A DNA stretch of 64,000 bases from Gammaproteobacteria bacterium (GCA_030426265.1 JAUHYP010000013.1:3817-67816); one strand, 5' to 3'. Counted from the first letter of the stretch, positions 16,458-25,688 are shown. Numbers and translations are program-made. Notes: generated by a model from the sequence alone, not told the origin.

Positions 16458-19237
16458 TCGTCCTCCTCCCTGGCGCGCGGCGGCGCCGGTGCGAAATAGC
16501 CCACCACCAGCAGCAGCACCCCGACGCCGATGAAGGAAACGATGCGTTCGATGGTGCCGGAGTTGCCCAGGTCGACCAGGAACAGCTTCAGCACCACCAG
16601 GGCCATGAACCCGGCGCCGATCAGCCACAACTGGCGGTGCGCGCGCCGGGCGCCCAGCACCATGGCCGTAAAGCCCAGCACACCCCAGTAGATGGACAGT
16701 GCGGTCTGGGCCACGACCGAGTCGTACAGGCGATCGAAGTCCCAGGGAACGCCGGCCACGTGATGCACCCCGCGTAGCAGGGCCGCGGTGGTCAGGATGA
16801 AGAAGGCGATGGCCAGGAAGCCCTTGTACACCGGCAGTCCGTCCTGGATTCGGCTGACGGCGACCAGCGAGATGTCACGCCCCAGCACCAGCAGCGACAT
16901 CACCGCCACGACGGCCGCGAACACCGTGGCCAGGTCCAGCGGATTGAGCACCGGGAGGTAGGGCAGGGGCCCCGGGTCACCGGGCAGCGCGATGCTCAAC
17001 ACGCACAGGTGGAGCACCTGTCCCGCCACCAGGAACAGGCTCAGCGCCCGGTAGGTAACCGGGTGCGCCGGAACCGGCCAGGCCGGGCGCTCACGGAATC
17101 GCCAGATGGCCAGCGCGATGATGCCGGGAATGGCGTTGGACGCGGCCTCGGCCCAGGCCCCGGGAACGATAGGGCGTACCTGGTAGCGGACCTCGACGGC
17201 CAGCATGAGGGTGAGCAACAGGGTGGTCCCCACGTGCCATCCGCCGGCCAGGCGGTGCACCCGCTTGTCCATCAGGCGGGTGAGCCATGCCTGGACCGCG
17301 AGCGCCAGCGGCCAGGACAGCCAGCCCGGACCGGAAAGGAAGTGTCGCTCGAAATCGACGGTCTGAAGCGCCATCAGGGCCAGTACCGGCAGCCACAAAA
17401 GGGACAGGTACCGCGCCATGCGCCAGTCCCGGTGTGCGCCAAGCCAGGCCGCCATCGCGGCGGTGGCGGCCAGGAACAGTACGGCGACAGGCAGTTCATG
17501 ATCGCGGGCCAGGCGATCGGAGATTTCCACCATGCCCGTCGCCACCCACCAGGTCACCCCCCAGGCAAACAGGCCCCAGGCCATGACGGCGTAGAAGCGT
17601 CCGACGGGAGGCAGCCGGAAGTCCTCCAGTCGGCGCGCCGCGAACAGTGCCGACAGGCTGATCAGGACGCCATTGAGCACGTTGCCGTTCAGTACGGGCC
17701 AGCCTTCGTCACTGCGCCATCCGTGCAGCAGGAAGGACACACCGCTGAACACGATCAGCGCGGCGCCGGCGAAATTGGCCAGGTGCTGACGCTGCCGCGT
17801 GGCCACCCACACCAGCGCCGCGCCTTCCAGCGCCCAGGCCGTCGCTGTCCAGCGGGCATCCAGCGCCAGCGGGATGGAGATGGTGGCAAAGGCCACGGCC
17901 AGGGCGATGAAGGAATCCCTGAGCACCCGCAGGGTCGCGCCGTGTTTTTGATGCAGCCAGGTGGCCAGCAGGGCATAGAACACCGCCAGGACCGCTGCGC
18001 TGATGGCCAGTCCGTACTCGAAGTCGCGCACCAGCGCGGCCTGCAGCGCGAAGGCGATCACGGGGGTGCCGAACACCAGAGTACCGTCGACCAGGCCGAT
18101 ACGGCTTGGCGGCTGGCGCAGGGCGAACATGATGGCGATGGCCTGGTAGAGCAGGAAATGGATGACCAGGAACGGCTCGGTGCTGGCGAACAGTTCCGGG
18201 CGGTAGTAGCGGTAGCCCCAGAAACTGCCGATCACGAAGGTGAACACGAAGCCGACGAGGTTGACCGAGCGCCAGGCCTGGAACCAGGCCACCGCGAAGA
18301 TCAGCGCATTGAGCACCAGGTAGTAGCTGAACAGCGCGACATGGCTGCCCTCGCCTGTGGAGGTGAGCACCGGCGCGAGAAAGCCGCCGATCGCGCCAAG
18401 CAACACCAGGCCCCGTGCCTTCTGCAACACCGCCAGCGCACCCGAGAAGGCGGCCAGGGCCACCAGCAATGCAAAGGCGAATCCGGCCGGGACCAGCTGC
18501 CAGATCCTGAAGGCCGCGAACAGCGTCAGGAACAGGATGCCGATGCCGCCGCCCTGCAGGCTGATGCCGTATACGCGCATCCGCGTTCGCAGTCGCCAGC
18601 CGATGACGACCAGTGCCACGCCCGCCGCGGCGACCGCCAGGAGGCGGAATTCGATGGGCAGCGTGAACAGCTCGTTGTCGATGGCGTACTTGAGAAAGAA
18701 CGCCACGCCGATGAACGAGAGGATGACACCGACCTTGACCGGCACGTTGCCCGTCGTGAACCAGGCCGTGAGTCGTTGTCCGAGATCGTTGACCGTGGTC
18801 GTGAAGCGTGAGGGGGCCTTCGGGGTGCCGATGGCAGCAGGTTCGCTCACCGACATCGCGGCTGCGGCGCCTGCGATGGGTGGGGGACTGGACGGGGAAG
18901 GGGGCGGGGCCGCCGTTGGACCGGTGGATTCCGGACCTGCACCCGGTGTTTCGGGGCGGACAGGCGGGGCAGGCGAGGCGACGGGCGCGGCAGGAGCCTG
19001 AACGCCCGGATCAACTGGCGCCGTTGACGAATCCGTCGCGGCCGGCACACTCGATACTCCACGCCGAGCCAGGTCATCGAGTGTCGCCTCCAGCGCCCGC
19101 GAACGTCGCTCGAGCAGGACGACCCGGGACACCAGGAAGCCGATCACCGCGCCGCCCAGCGGGCCCAGCAAATAGCCGCCACCGGCCGCAAACGCCAGGC
19201 CGATGAAAAAACCCACCAGGGTCAGGGCAATCGCCAT
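16454..19237 (-). CDS. large polytopic membrane protein, DUF2339-type (family assignment from memory)
   Basis: About 925 aa. An N-terminal TM is followed by a Pro/Ala-rich linker and more than 20 hydrophobic helices. The first ATG is at 19237; the track start at 19243 is TTG. Confidence 0.75.
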   Translation of the reverse strand: MAIALTLVGFFIGLAFAAGGGYLLGPLGGAVIGFLVSRVVLLERRSRALEATLDDLARRGVSSVPAATDSSTAPVDPGVQAPAAPVASPAPPVRPETPGAGPESTGPTAAPPPSPSSPPPIAGAAAAMSVSEPAAIGTPKAPSRFTTTVNDLGQRLTAWFTTGNVPVKVGVILSFIGVAFFLKYAIDNELFTLPIEFRLLAVAAAGVALVVIGWRLRTRMRVYGISLQGGGIGILFLTLFAAFRIWQLVPAGFAFALLVALAAFSGALAVLQKARGLVLLGAIGGFLAPVLTSTGEGSHVALFSYYLVLNALIFAVAWFQAWRSVNLVGFVFTFVIGSFWGYRYYRPELFASTEPFLVIHFLLYQAIAIMFALRQPPSRIGLVDGTLVFGTPVIAFALQAALVRDFEYGLAISAAVLAVFYALLATWLHQKHGATLRVLRDSFIALAVAFATISIPLALDARWTATAWALEGAALVWVATRQRQHLANFAGAALIVFSGVSFLLHGWRSDEGWPVLNGNVLNGVLISLSALFAARRLEDFRLPPVGRFYAVMAWGLFAWGVTWWVATGMVEISDRLARDHELPVAVLFLAATAAMAAWLGAHRDWRMARYLSLLWLPVLALMALQTVDFERHFLSGPGWLSWPLALAVQAWLTRLMDKRVHRLAGGWHVGTTLLLTLMLAVEVRYQVRPIVPGAWAEAASNAIPGIIALAIWRFRERPAWPVPAHPVTYRALSLFLVAGQVLHLCVLSIALPGDPGPLPYLPVLNPLDLATVFAAVVAVMSLLVLGRDISLVAVSRIQDGLPVYKGFLAIAFFILTTAALLRGVHHVAGVPWDFDRLYDSVVAQTALSIYWGVLGFTAMVLGARRAHRQLWLIGAGFMALVVLKLFLVDLGNSGTIERIVSFIGVGVLLLVVGYFAPAPPRAREEDE

Positions 19238-19256
19238 CGGCAAAGTCTAGCGCAAG
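19229..19256 (+). repeat. left copy of the direct repeat bracketing the TIR/caspase island
   Basis: The 15-nt core AAAGTCTAGCGCAAG (19242-19256) is identical to 29610-29624. The 13 nt to its left match 7 of 13 by hand alignment, and a shared ATCGAT lies a few nt to the right. Confidence 0.55.
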
Positions 19257-19314
19257 AATCGATTTTCCAAGGAAATAAGGCGGAATGGGTGGCGTGCCCG
19301 GCATGCTGCGTTGA

Positions 19315-19521
19315 GGCATTGTCGCCGGGTGGGAACTCCTGGATGCACTGTCGCAATGGATCGACGCCTTCGCGGGCGGAGGTGGGATCGACATCGCCGT
19401 GCTGTTCGCCAGCGCCCTGGCCGTGACCATCTACTGCAAGCTGATGGCGAAAACCCTGGCGCCGAAGCACGTCCGGGTGAATGTCGTGACGCTAGCTGGT
19501 TTCAGAATGCCGCCGGCTTGA
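19315..19521 (+). pseudogene. possible remnant of a short-chain dehydrogenase gene
   Basis: This open frame has no start codon and reads GGGGIDIAVLFASALAVTIYCKLMAKTLAPKHVRVNVVTLAGF. It matches the SDR pattern (Y-x3-K, then A-K-x2-A-x3-[IV]-R-V-N-x4-G) seen in the intact SDRs of this window. Both ends are truncated and the segment overlaps the 3' end of the TIR gene. Confidence 0.3.
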
Positions 19522-21460
19522 GGTTTCGCGAATGCCAGACCATGCCGTTCTCGTCGGTGCCCTGGTAGTAGTCGCCGACCCGCCTGTGAAAGGGAATTCG
19601 GATGTTGAGCGGTTCACCTGATGTTACGACCAGTCCGCTCAATTGAACGCCGAGGTGAATCGGGTTTGTCTGGTGGTCTCCGGCATCGAGCAAGGGATAC
19701 CCGCTTCCGTGAATCTGTTGCGCTGATTTGCCCGGAAGGATCAACTGCCCGTCGAATTGCTGATCGGAGGCCAGTTGGAACTGTAGTTCGATCACTCCAT
19801 GGAGGCTCGCCGCCCGTGCTTCCCAGTGGCCCTCGTACCGGACCTCCTGAACTCCTTCGTCATTGACCTGGCGGGCCGGTACGAATCGGGGTAAGTGTGA
19901 AGTGTCCGCCTTGCTGCTCAGGTCTTCCCCGGTCGCAAGTCGCTGCTCGATACTCTCAAGGTCTTGCTGGGTTTTGCGCGAGGAGGCGGCCTCCCTCTCC
20001 AAAAGGTCGACGAGGTCCTGGACCAGGTAGGGAAATTCAGACCTGAACCGGCTTTCGTTCAATCCAACAGCGTGCAGTGTGGTCAGCCGCTTCAGGGAGC
20101 TGGGAAGTTCTTCAATCGCGGGCATATCGGCGCCATTCAGAAGTACCGGAAGGATCGCACGGAAACTCTCGAAGGCGGTTTCCACCTCCCTGCGGACCAC
20201 GTCCTGGACGGTCATTATCCCGCCATTGCGAGTCCAGTCCTTATCGATCAGGACCAGTACCACGTTTGCCCGGCGTATTTCGTCGCGAATCGCTTGGGTC
20301 CAGTCCGTTGCTGCTACGTTGTCCGCCACGTCCTGGAACACCTTCATGCGGGGAAAACGCAGCTCCAGTTCGCGTTTGATCTGTCCCGCCAGCGTCGAGG
20401 CGCCGGAGCGGCGGTAGGACAGGACAATGCGTGTCTCGCGCTGGCGGACATAGGCATCCTGTTGCAGAGGTTGCATCCATGGCCTCGCGGCGGGCTCGAA
20501 CTCGTCTGCCAGGTCGGGAGCGGTCGAACTATAGTCACCTGGCGCCAACCCCTGGCTGAGCATGAGAGCGGTGGCAATCCGCGCCAGCTGGCCGTACTCC
20601 TCGAAACCGGTCGCTTCGGGATGCGTGGCATTCCGCGACAGGGTGACGTAGGCCTCCAGGGCCGAGGGGAAGGCACAGAGTTTGCAGAGATCCCGCAACA
20701 GATTCGACCGCAGGCTGGGCCTGTGCGGGTCCAGGTGAATGCCGAACAGGTTTTCACGCAGGGAATCTGTATGTCGACCCATCTTGCTGTACACCACCGC
20801 CAGGGTGCCACGAAAGTAGGCGTCGTAGGGATTGAGCTGTTTGAGGCCTTCAAATCCCTCTCGCGCCGAGTCGATGTCGCCGCGCTTTAGCGCCTGAAAG
20901 TGTTCTTCCGCCCTGTCGTAGGCTTGTTCCATGGTCACGCGTTCCACCACGGACCGCGCCTCGCCGTCGACCAGGAGACTGGCCAGTTCCCGTTCCGCAT
21001 CGTCGAAGAGTCGACTGAGGCCCGATCCGGCCAGGTCGGCGTACAGGCGCAGCGCTCGTTCGGTATCGGCCCGTTGATCGGGTCTGGCGATTCGCATGTG
21101 CGTCACCAGGCCATTGCCAAGGACATCCGGAAGCTGGTCTGCACAGTCAGCGTAGGACCAGGCATCGATGGGATCCAGCTGTTCAAACCGGGCATTGGTG
21201 AATGCATTGAGCGCTCGCATCGACCGGACCAGTGCGATCTGTGTGAACTGGACTTCGAGCGCGGCCGGTCGATCACCGAAGCGCTGCAGGAAGGTTGCTA
21301 TCGCGTTGCTGGCGGCGGTGAGTGATTTCGCGTCCAGTGCGAGGGGACGGGTGCACCCCAGCAGCTCCTGTTCGTCGCCAGGAAGCAACGCCTGTCCACA
21401 GTGCCGACAGAAGGCGCTGTCGTCAGGATTGTCGCCCTGGCATTGCGTGCACTGCGTCAT
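19502..21460 (-). CDS. zinc-ribbon / TPR-like / TIR-domain protein with unknown C-terminal domain
   Basis: Start MTQCTQCQGDNPDDSAFCRHCGQ (CxxC...CxxC zinc ribbon). Helical TPR-like middle region. The TIR domain lies at about 19997-20434 (RIVLSYRRSGAS ... VVLVLIDKDW ... REVETAF). About 135 aa of unassigned beta-rich C-terminus follow. Confidence 0.8.
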   Translation of the reverse strand: MTQCTQCQGDNPDDSAFCRHCGQALLPGDEQELLGCTRPLALDAKSLTAASNAIATFLQRFGDRPAALEVQFTQIALVRSMRALNAFTNARFEQLDPIDAWSYADCADQLPDVLGNGLVTHMRIARPDQRADTERALRLYADLAGSGLSRLFDDAERELASLLVDGEARSVVERVTMEQAYDRAEEHFQALKRGDIDSAREGFEGLKQLNPYDAYFRGTLAVVYSKMGRHTDSLRENLFGIHLDPHRPSLRSNLLRDLCKLCAFPSALEAYVTLSRNATHPEATGFEEYGQLARIATALMLSQGLAPGDYSSTAPDLADEFEPAARPWMQPLQQDAYVRQRETRIVLSYRRSGASTLAGQIKRELELRFPRMKVFQDVADNVAATDWTQAIRDEIRRANVVLVLIDKDWTRNGGIMTVQDVVRREVETAFESFRAILPVLLNGADMPAIEELPSSLKRLTTLHAVGLNESRFRSEFPYLVQDLVDLLEREAASSRKTQQDLESIEQRLATGEDLSSKADTSHLPRFVPARQVNDEGVQEVRYEGHWEARAASLHGVIELQFQLASDQQFDGQLILPGKSAQQIHGSGYPLLDAGDHQTNPIHLGVQLSGLVVTSGEPLNIRIPFHRRVGDYYQGTDENGMVWHSRNLKPAAF

Positions 21461-21501
21461 GATCGTTCCGATCCAATCGTCTACCCGAACAGGAGGGACC
21501 C

Positions 21502-22482
21502 TCAGATCCGCCCCTTCTGAACCAGCCGCCGGTAGTGCTCGCCCAGCTCCGTCAGCCTGCACGCTGTGCGCTCCATCGCGGCATGCCACATGTTGGCCTT
21601 CGAGGCGCCCACGGGGACGACCAGGTTCAGGCGGTTCATTTTCTGCAACAACAGGAACCTGGCGACGTTTTCCGGGTCGGGAGGCGGCGCGTCCGGTTCG
21701 CGGCCGGCCATTTCCGGTTCGAAGCTCGGGTCCAGCGCGAACTCGCTGCCGGGTTCGGGGAAGAATTTCAGGATCTTGCGCAGCTCAGCGAGCTCGATCG
21801 GCGGCGGGACGTTTCTCAGCGACACGAACTTCTTGATATTGGTCCGGAACAGCGGGCGCTGCTCGAAGCCGCCCAGTGATTCGTCGATGTGCGCGTAGAC
21901 GCTGCCGGGCGATATGGCGCCCAGCAGATTCGCGGCGCTGCCTTTCAGGGCATCCACGAACAGGGTCGTGAACACTCCGCGCCCGTCCTTTTCACTCGCA
22001 TACTGCTCCGCGGTGGATGCGGTGAGCACTGTCAGGCCTTCGGACAGGACCACGAGGTCCTTGTGCAGGGGCGCGGCGCCCGCGATGCCGGAGTGGCAGC
22101 TGTCCAGGATGACGAGCTTGTTCCGGGCCGGTGAAAGGTTGGCGTAGGTCAGGACGTCGTTGAGCGAGAGCCCTTCGTCGCCCCGGCTCGAGTCCGAGGT
22201 CAGCAGGTAGCCGCCCGTCGCCTCGATGTGCCCATGGCCGGCGAAGTAGAACAGGGCCACGTCCGCGTCGATGGAGAACACTTCCTTGACGGCGTCGCGC
22301 AGCTGCCTCCGTCCGAGGCCGCTGGCAGCGTCCTTCGCCAGGAACGGCTTGCAATCGAAGTTGCGGGAACCATCACCGTTCCGACCCAGGACATCGAGCA
22401 CGGCACGGGCATCCTCGACGCACCCGAACAAGGGCCGCCCGTGTTGGTAGTAATTGATTCCGACAACCAGCGCGACGCGCAT
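21502..22482 (-). CDS. caspase-like (Peptidase_C14 / orthocaspase-type) protease with unknown C-terminal domain
   Basis: MRVALVVGINYY start. The catalytic His sits in FYFAGHGH (codon 22234-22236) and the Cys in ILDSCHSG (22096-22098). About 115 aa of unassigned C-terminus follow. An alternative GTG start lies at 22491. Confidence 0.85.
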   Translation of the reverse strand: MRVALVVGINYYQHGRPLFGCVEDARAVLDVLGRNGDGSRNFDCKPFLAKDAASGLGRRQLRDAVKEVFSIDADVALFYFAGHGHIEATGGYLLTSDSSRGDEGLSLNDVLTYANLSPARNKLVILDSCHSGIAGAAPLHKDLVVLSEGLTVLTASTAEQYASEKDGRGVFTTLFVDALKGSAANLLGAISPGSVYAHIDESLGGFEQRPLFRTNIKKFVSLRNVPPPIELAELRKILKFFPEPGSEFALDPSFEPEMAGREPDAPPPDPENVARFLLLQKMNRLNLVVPVGASKANMWHAAMERTACRLTELGEHYRRLVQKGRI

Positions 22483-22653
22483 TTCGTCCACTCACGATCG
22501 AATTGTCTATAAATGTAGCAAGTGCGGAGCATCTTGCTCGTGCGCGCAGGTCTTTGTTTTTCAAAGCGACAGGGCGCAGACTATGGGCAGGCCGGTGGGT
22601 GGTTGGTGCTATTCGCCGGACACGCCGCACGCTGTACGGAACGAGGCGCCCTT
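22483..22653. promoter_or_regulatory. divergent control region between the two TIR/caspase operons
   Basis: About 170 bp, locally AT-richer. It holds a TATAAA element at 22508-22513 and an inverted repeat AGCAAG-N10-CTTGCT at 22517-22538. No promoter could be called confidently. Confidence 0.3.
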
Positions 22654-25554
22654 GTGAATGACATCCACATACCCGGCTACGAAATCCTCAAGCAGTTGGG
22701 GATCGGGGGCATGGCCAGGGTGTACAAGGCGCGCCAGTTGTCGCTGGAGCGGGAAGTCGCCATCAAGGTCTTGCGGGCCGATCTCGGGGACGACGTCGAG
22801 TCCTTCAAGAGGCGGTTTTTCAACGAGGGCAGGATCCTCGCCAGCATCACGCACCCCAACATTGTCGCCGTCTACGACCTCGGCGAGGCGGGGGACGCGC
22901 TCTACATCGCCATGGAGCTCGTGCCCGGGGACACCCTCGAGGAGATGGTCCGCAGGGACGGCGTGACGCTGGAACAGGCCATCGGAATCTGCCGGAAGAT
23001 TGCAGGCGCCCTGGATCGGGCGCACGCCAAGGGCGTGATTCACCGCGACATCAAGCCCTCGAACATCCTCATGGAAGACCTGGACACGCCGAAGCTGGTC
23101 GATTTCGGCATCGCCCGGGGTCGCCAGGCCGATGTCGGCATGACCCAGGAAGGCGTCATGCTCGGCACGCCGTTGTACATGAGTCCGGAGCAGGTCCAGG
23201 GCGTCGCCATCGACGAGCGTACGGACATCTATGCGTTGGGCGTCACGCTGTACTGGCTCCTGGCGGGCCGCCATCCTTTCGAGGGGGACGCCGCGCTCGG
23301 CATCGCACTCAAGCACCTGCATGATCCGATCCCCGAACTTCCCGAAGCGGTGGCCGGACTGCAGGCCATCGTCGAGCGCGCGATGGCCAAGGACCCGGCA
23401 GATCGTTTCCAGAGCGCCAGGGAGTTTGCCGATGCCCTCGACGCGGTGGAACTCGATGGTCCGCCGCTCCATCTCGGTGTTCCGACCGCCGATCCGGCGG
23501 GACCCACGCTCGGTCGCACCCAGCCGGCTTACCCGACCCTCGAGGTGCCCCGCAGGGGCGCCTCGCCCGCGACGAAACGCGGTGGTTGGCTCAGCGCCAT
23601 CCTCGGCTGGTTCGGGAAGTCAGACGACGGGGGTGAAGCCGGAACGACCGGGCGCGCATCCGCTCAAGCTCCCGCGGCGCCGGACCCGCAGGCGCAGACC
23701 CACCCACAGATGCCCTCCGTCTCCGGTTCCGAAAAGGGTGCAACGCCGGCCCCCACGCCGGCCCCCTGGCAGGAGTCCACGGGCGCCGCCACCATCCTGA
23801 GTCCCATCACGCCGCCCGCCGAACCCGAATCCCCACCCACCCTCCCCGGGGAACTGGCGCCGCCGTCGGGTGATGACACGCAGTTCCTGGTTCCCGGCGA
23901 GGCCGGCACGGAGCAGGGGCTGGTCGTCAGCCTCGCCGTGACGAGCTCGCCTGACCCATCGTTCGTGGGCACCCGGGTCCAGTGCCAGTCGTTCCCGTTC
24001 CGGATTGGCAGGGGCGGAGAGGCCGATCTGAAAATCGAGCGCGACAGCGCCATCTCCCGGAACCATGCCGAGATCTTCAAGATCGGCTCGGGGTATTACC
24101 TCAAGGACACCAGCGCCAACGGCATCGTGGTCAACGGACAGCTGGGCAAGGACCAGTCCGTGCCCCTGCCGTTCAACAGCTCGATCCAGCTCTCCGATTC
24201 GACGACGCTGACGTTCCAGCCCCACCTCGAACTGCTGCCGGACCTGACGGGCCAGCGCATCGGCGACCGTTTCGACGTCGAGAAAGCCCTCCACCACAGC
24301 ATCAAGGCCTCCACCTACCGCTGCCGGGACCTCGACATGCCGCGCACCGTGGTGGTCAAGCTGTTCTCCCCGCACCTCATGTCCCTGGAGCAGTTCCGGG
24401 ACGAATTCGAACGGCAGGCGAGGCTGACCATGAAGTTCACTTCGCCGCACATCGTCAAGGTGCTCGAGTTCAAGGAGTTCCCGATCCCGCAGATCGCCGC
24501 CGGCAAGCCGGTTTCCTACGTGTGCACCGAGTACATGGAAGGCGGCAGCCTGGCCCGGCGCATGGATGACGAGGACTTTCCGGAAGCGGAACAGGCGCTG
24601 AACTGGGTGGTCGTGCTGGCGCGCGCGTTGGACCATGCTCACCGGCGCGGTGTCGTGCATGGCGACCTCAAGCCCAGCTGCATCGTGTTCGATGCCGACG
24701 GCGCGCCCTACGTCACGGATTTCGCCATGGCGGTGACGGAAGGGGAGGGCAAGGACAGCGCCCGGACCGGCACGCCGGCCTTCTGGGCGCCGGAACAGTG
24801 GGACCGCCAGGCGGCGACCGAGCGCACGGACCAGTACAGCCTGGCCGTGCTGGCCTACTTCATGCTCTCCGGCGCCCGGCCCTTCGAAGGCCAGTCGCAG
24901 CCCCGGATTCGCGAGCGAAACTTCCGCCGCGGCCCCGAGCCGGTGCACGAGGTGGCCGAGCGACGGCGCGGACTGGCGCTCAACAGCAACCTGTCCCAGG
25001 TTCTGGCGCGGGGCATGAGCGTCGACCCGGAAGCGCGCTACGAGTCCGTGACCGCCTTCGCCACCGCCCTGTCCCAGGCAGCGCACACGGCCGAGCAGCG
25101 CCGCAGCACCCCGCGCGTGTTCATCAGTTACCGGCGCAAGGCCAACGCGGGTTGGGCGAACCTCTTTGATTACAACCTCAGGAACCAGTTCGGGTTCGAG
25201 GTGTTCATCGATGCGCGCGCGGTGGACGGTTCGCCGCAGATCCCGACCCGGGTGCGGAACGAAATCGATCGTTGCGATGTCTTCGTCTGCCTGCTCCACC
25301 CCGAGACACTGGAGTCGGACTGGGTGCGGGCGGAGATCAAGCTGGCGCACGAGGCCCGCAAACCCATGGTTCCGGTGTTCTCGGAACACTTCCAGCCCGG
25401 CGCCTACAAGGAGGCGGCGGCCGAAATCCAGGCCCTGCTGGACCACGAGGCCGTCATCTTGCTCGACCAGAAGAACGTCTACCTGGATGCGGCCCTCAAG
25501 ATGCTGGCCGACCAGGTGCAAAAGCTCGTGGGGCCGAGCGGTCGCGTGCACTGA
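22654..25554 (+). CDS. Ser/Thr kinase - FHA - kinase-like (possibly pseudokinase) - TIR fusion protein
   Basis: - Kinase 1 (about 22678-23445): GIGGMARVY loop, VAIK Lys 22765-22767, HRD Asp 23047-23049, DFG, SPE.
- Pro-rich linker.
- FHA (about 23950-24225): FRIGRG, SRNHA, ANG.
- Second kinase-like domain (about 24250-25075): no Gly-rich loop, HGD at 24658-24666, DFA instead of DFG.
- C-terminal TIR (about 25111-25530): RVFISYRR ... SDWVRAEI.
- The start is inferred as GTG 22654 (GAGG upstream); the track start at 22522 is an upstream GTG. Confidence 0.85.
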   Translation: MNDIHIPGYEILKQLGIGGMARVYKARQLSLEREVAIKVLRADLGDDVESFKRRFFNEGRILASITHPNIVAVYDLGEAGDALYIAMELVPGDTLEEMVRRDGVTLEQAIGICRKIAGALDRAHAKGVIHRDIKPSNILMEDLDTPKLVDFGIARGRQADVGMTQEGVMLGTPLYMSPEQVQGVAIDERTDIYALGVTLYWLLAGRHPFEGDAALGIALKHLHDPIPELPEAVAGLQAIVERAMAKDPADRFQSAREFADALDAVELDGPPLHLGVPTADPAGPTLGRTQPAYPTLEVPRRGASPATKRGGWLSAILGWFGKSDDGGEAGTTGRASAQAPAAPDPQAQTHPQMPSVSGSEKGATPAPTPAPWQESTGAATILSPITPPAEPESPPTLPGELAPPSGDDTQFLVPGEAGTEQGLVVSLAVTSSPDPSFVGTRVQCQSFPFRIGRGGEADLKIERDSAISRNHAEIFKIGSGYYLKDTSANGIVVNGQLGKDQSVPLPFNSSIQLSDSTTLTFQPHLELLPDLTGQRIGDRFDVEKALHHSIKASTYRCRDLDMPRTVVVKLFSPHLMSLEQFRDEFERQARLTMKFTSPHIVKVLEFKEFPIPQIAAGKPVSYVCTEYMEGGSLARRMDDEDFPEAEQALNWVVVLARALDHAHRRGVVHGDLKPSCIVFDADGAPYVTDFAMAVTEGEGKDSARTGTPAFWAPEQWDRQAATERTDQYSLAVLAYFMLSGARPFEGQSQPRIRERNFRRGPEPVHEVAERRRGLALNSNLSQVLARGMSVDPEARYESVTAFATALSQAAHTAEQRRSTPRVFISYRRKANAGWANLFDYNLRNQFGFEVFIDARAVDGSPQIPTRVRNEIDRCDVFVCLLHPETLESDWVRAEIKLAHEARKPMVPVFSEHFQPGAYKEAAAEIQALLDHEAVILLDQKNVYLDAALKMLADQVQKLVGPSGRVH

Positions 25555-25688
25555 ACGCCTGGCGGGTGCGGCGCAGGGCGAGGCAGGGGCCTGCCCGAAC
25601 CAGCGAATTTCCCGGCGCTGTCCTATAGTCGAATTCATGCGGATCATTTCAATGATTCGTTGTCGACACGGAAGGAGGTCAGAGGGAA

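Noticed and set aside
22522-22653. An upstream GTG start giving a 44-aa N-terminal extension of the kinase-FHA-TIR protein.
   Set aside because: The extension (MRSILLVRAGLCFSKRQGADYG...) covers the AT-rich divergent promoter region and has no SD. The kinase domain begins right after GTG 22654, which has GAGG upstream. The upstream start cannot be fully excluded.
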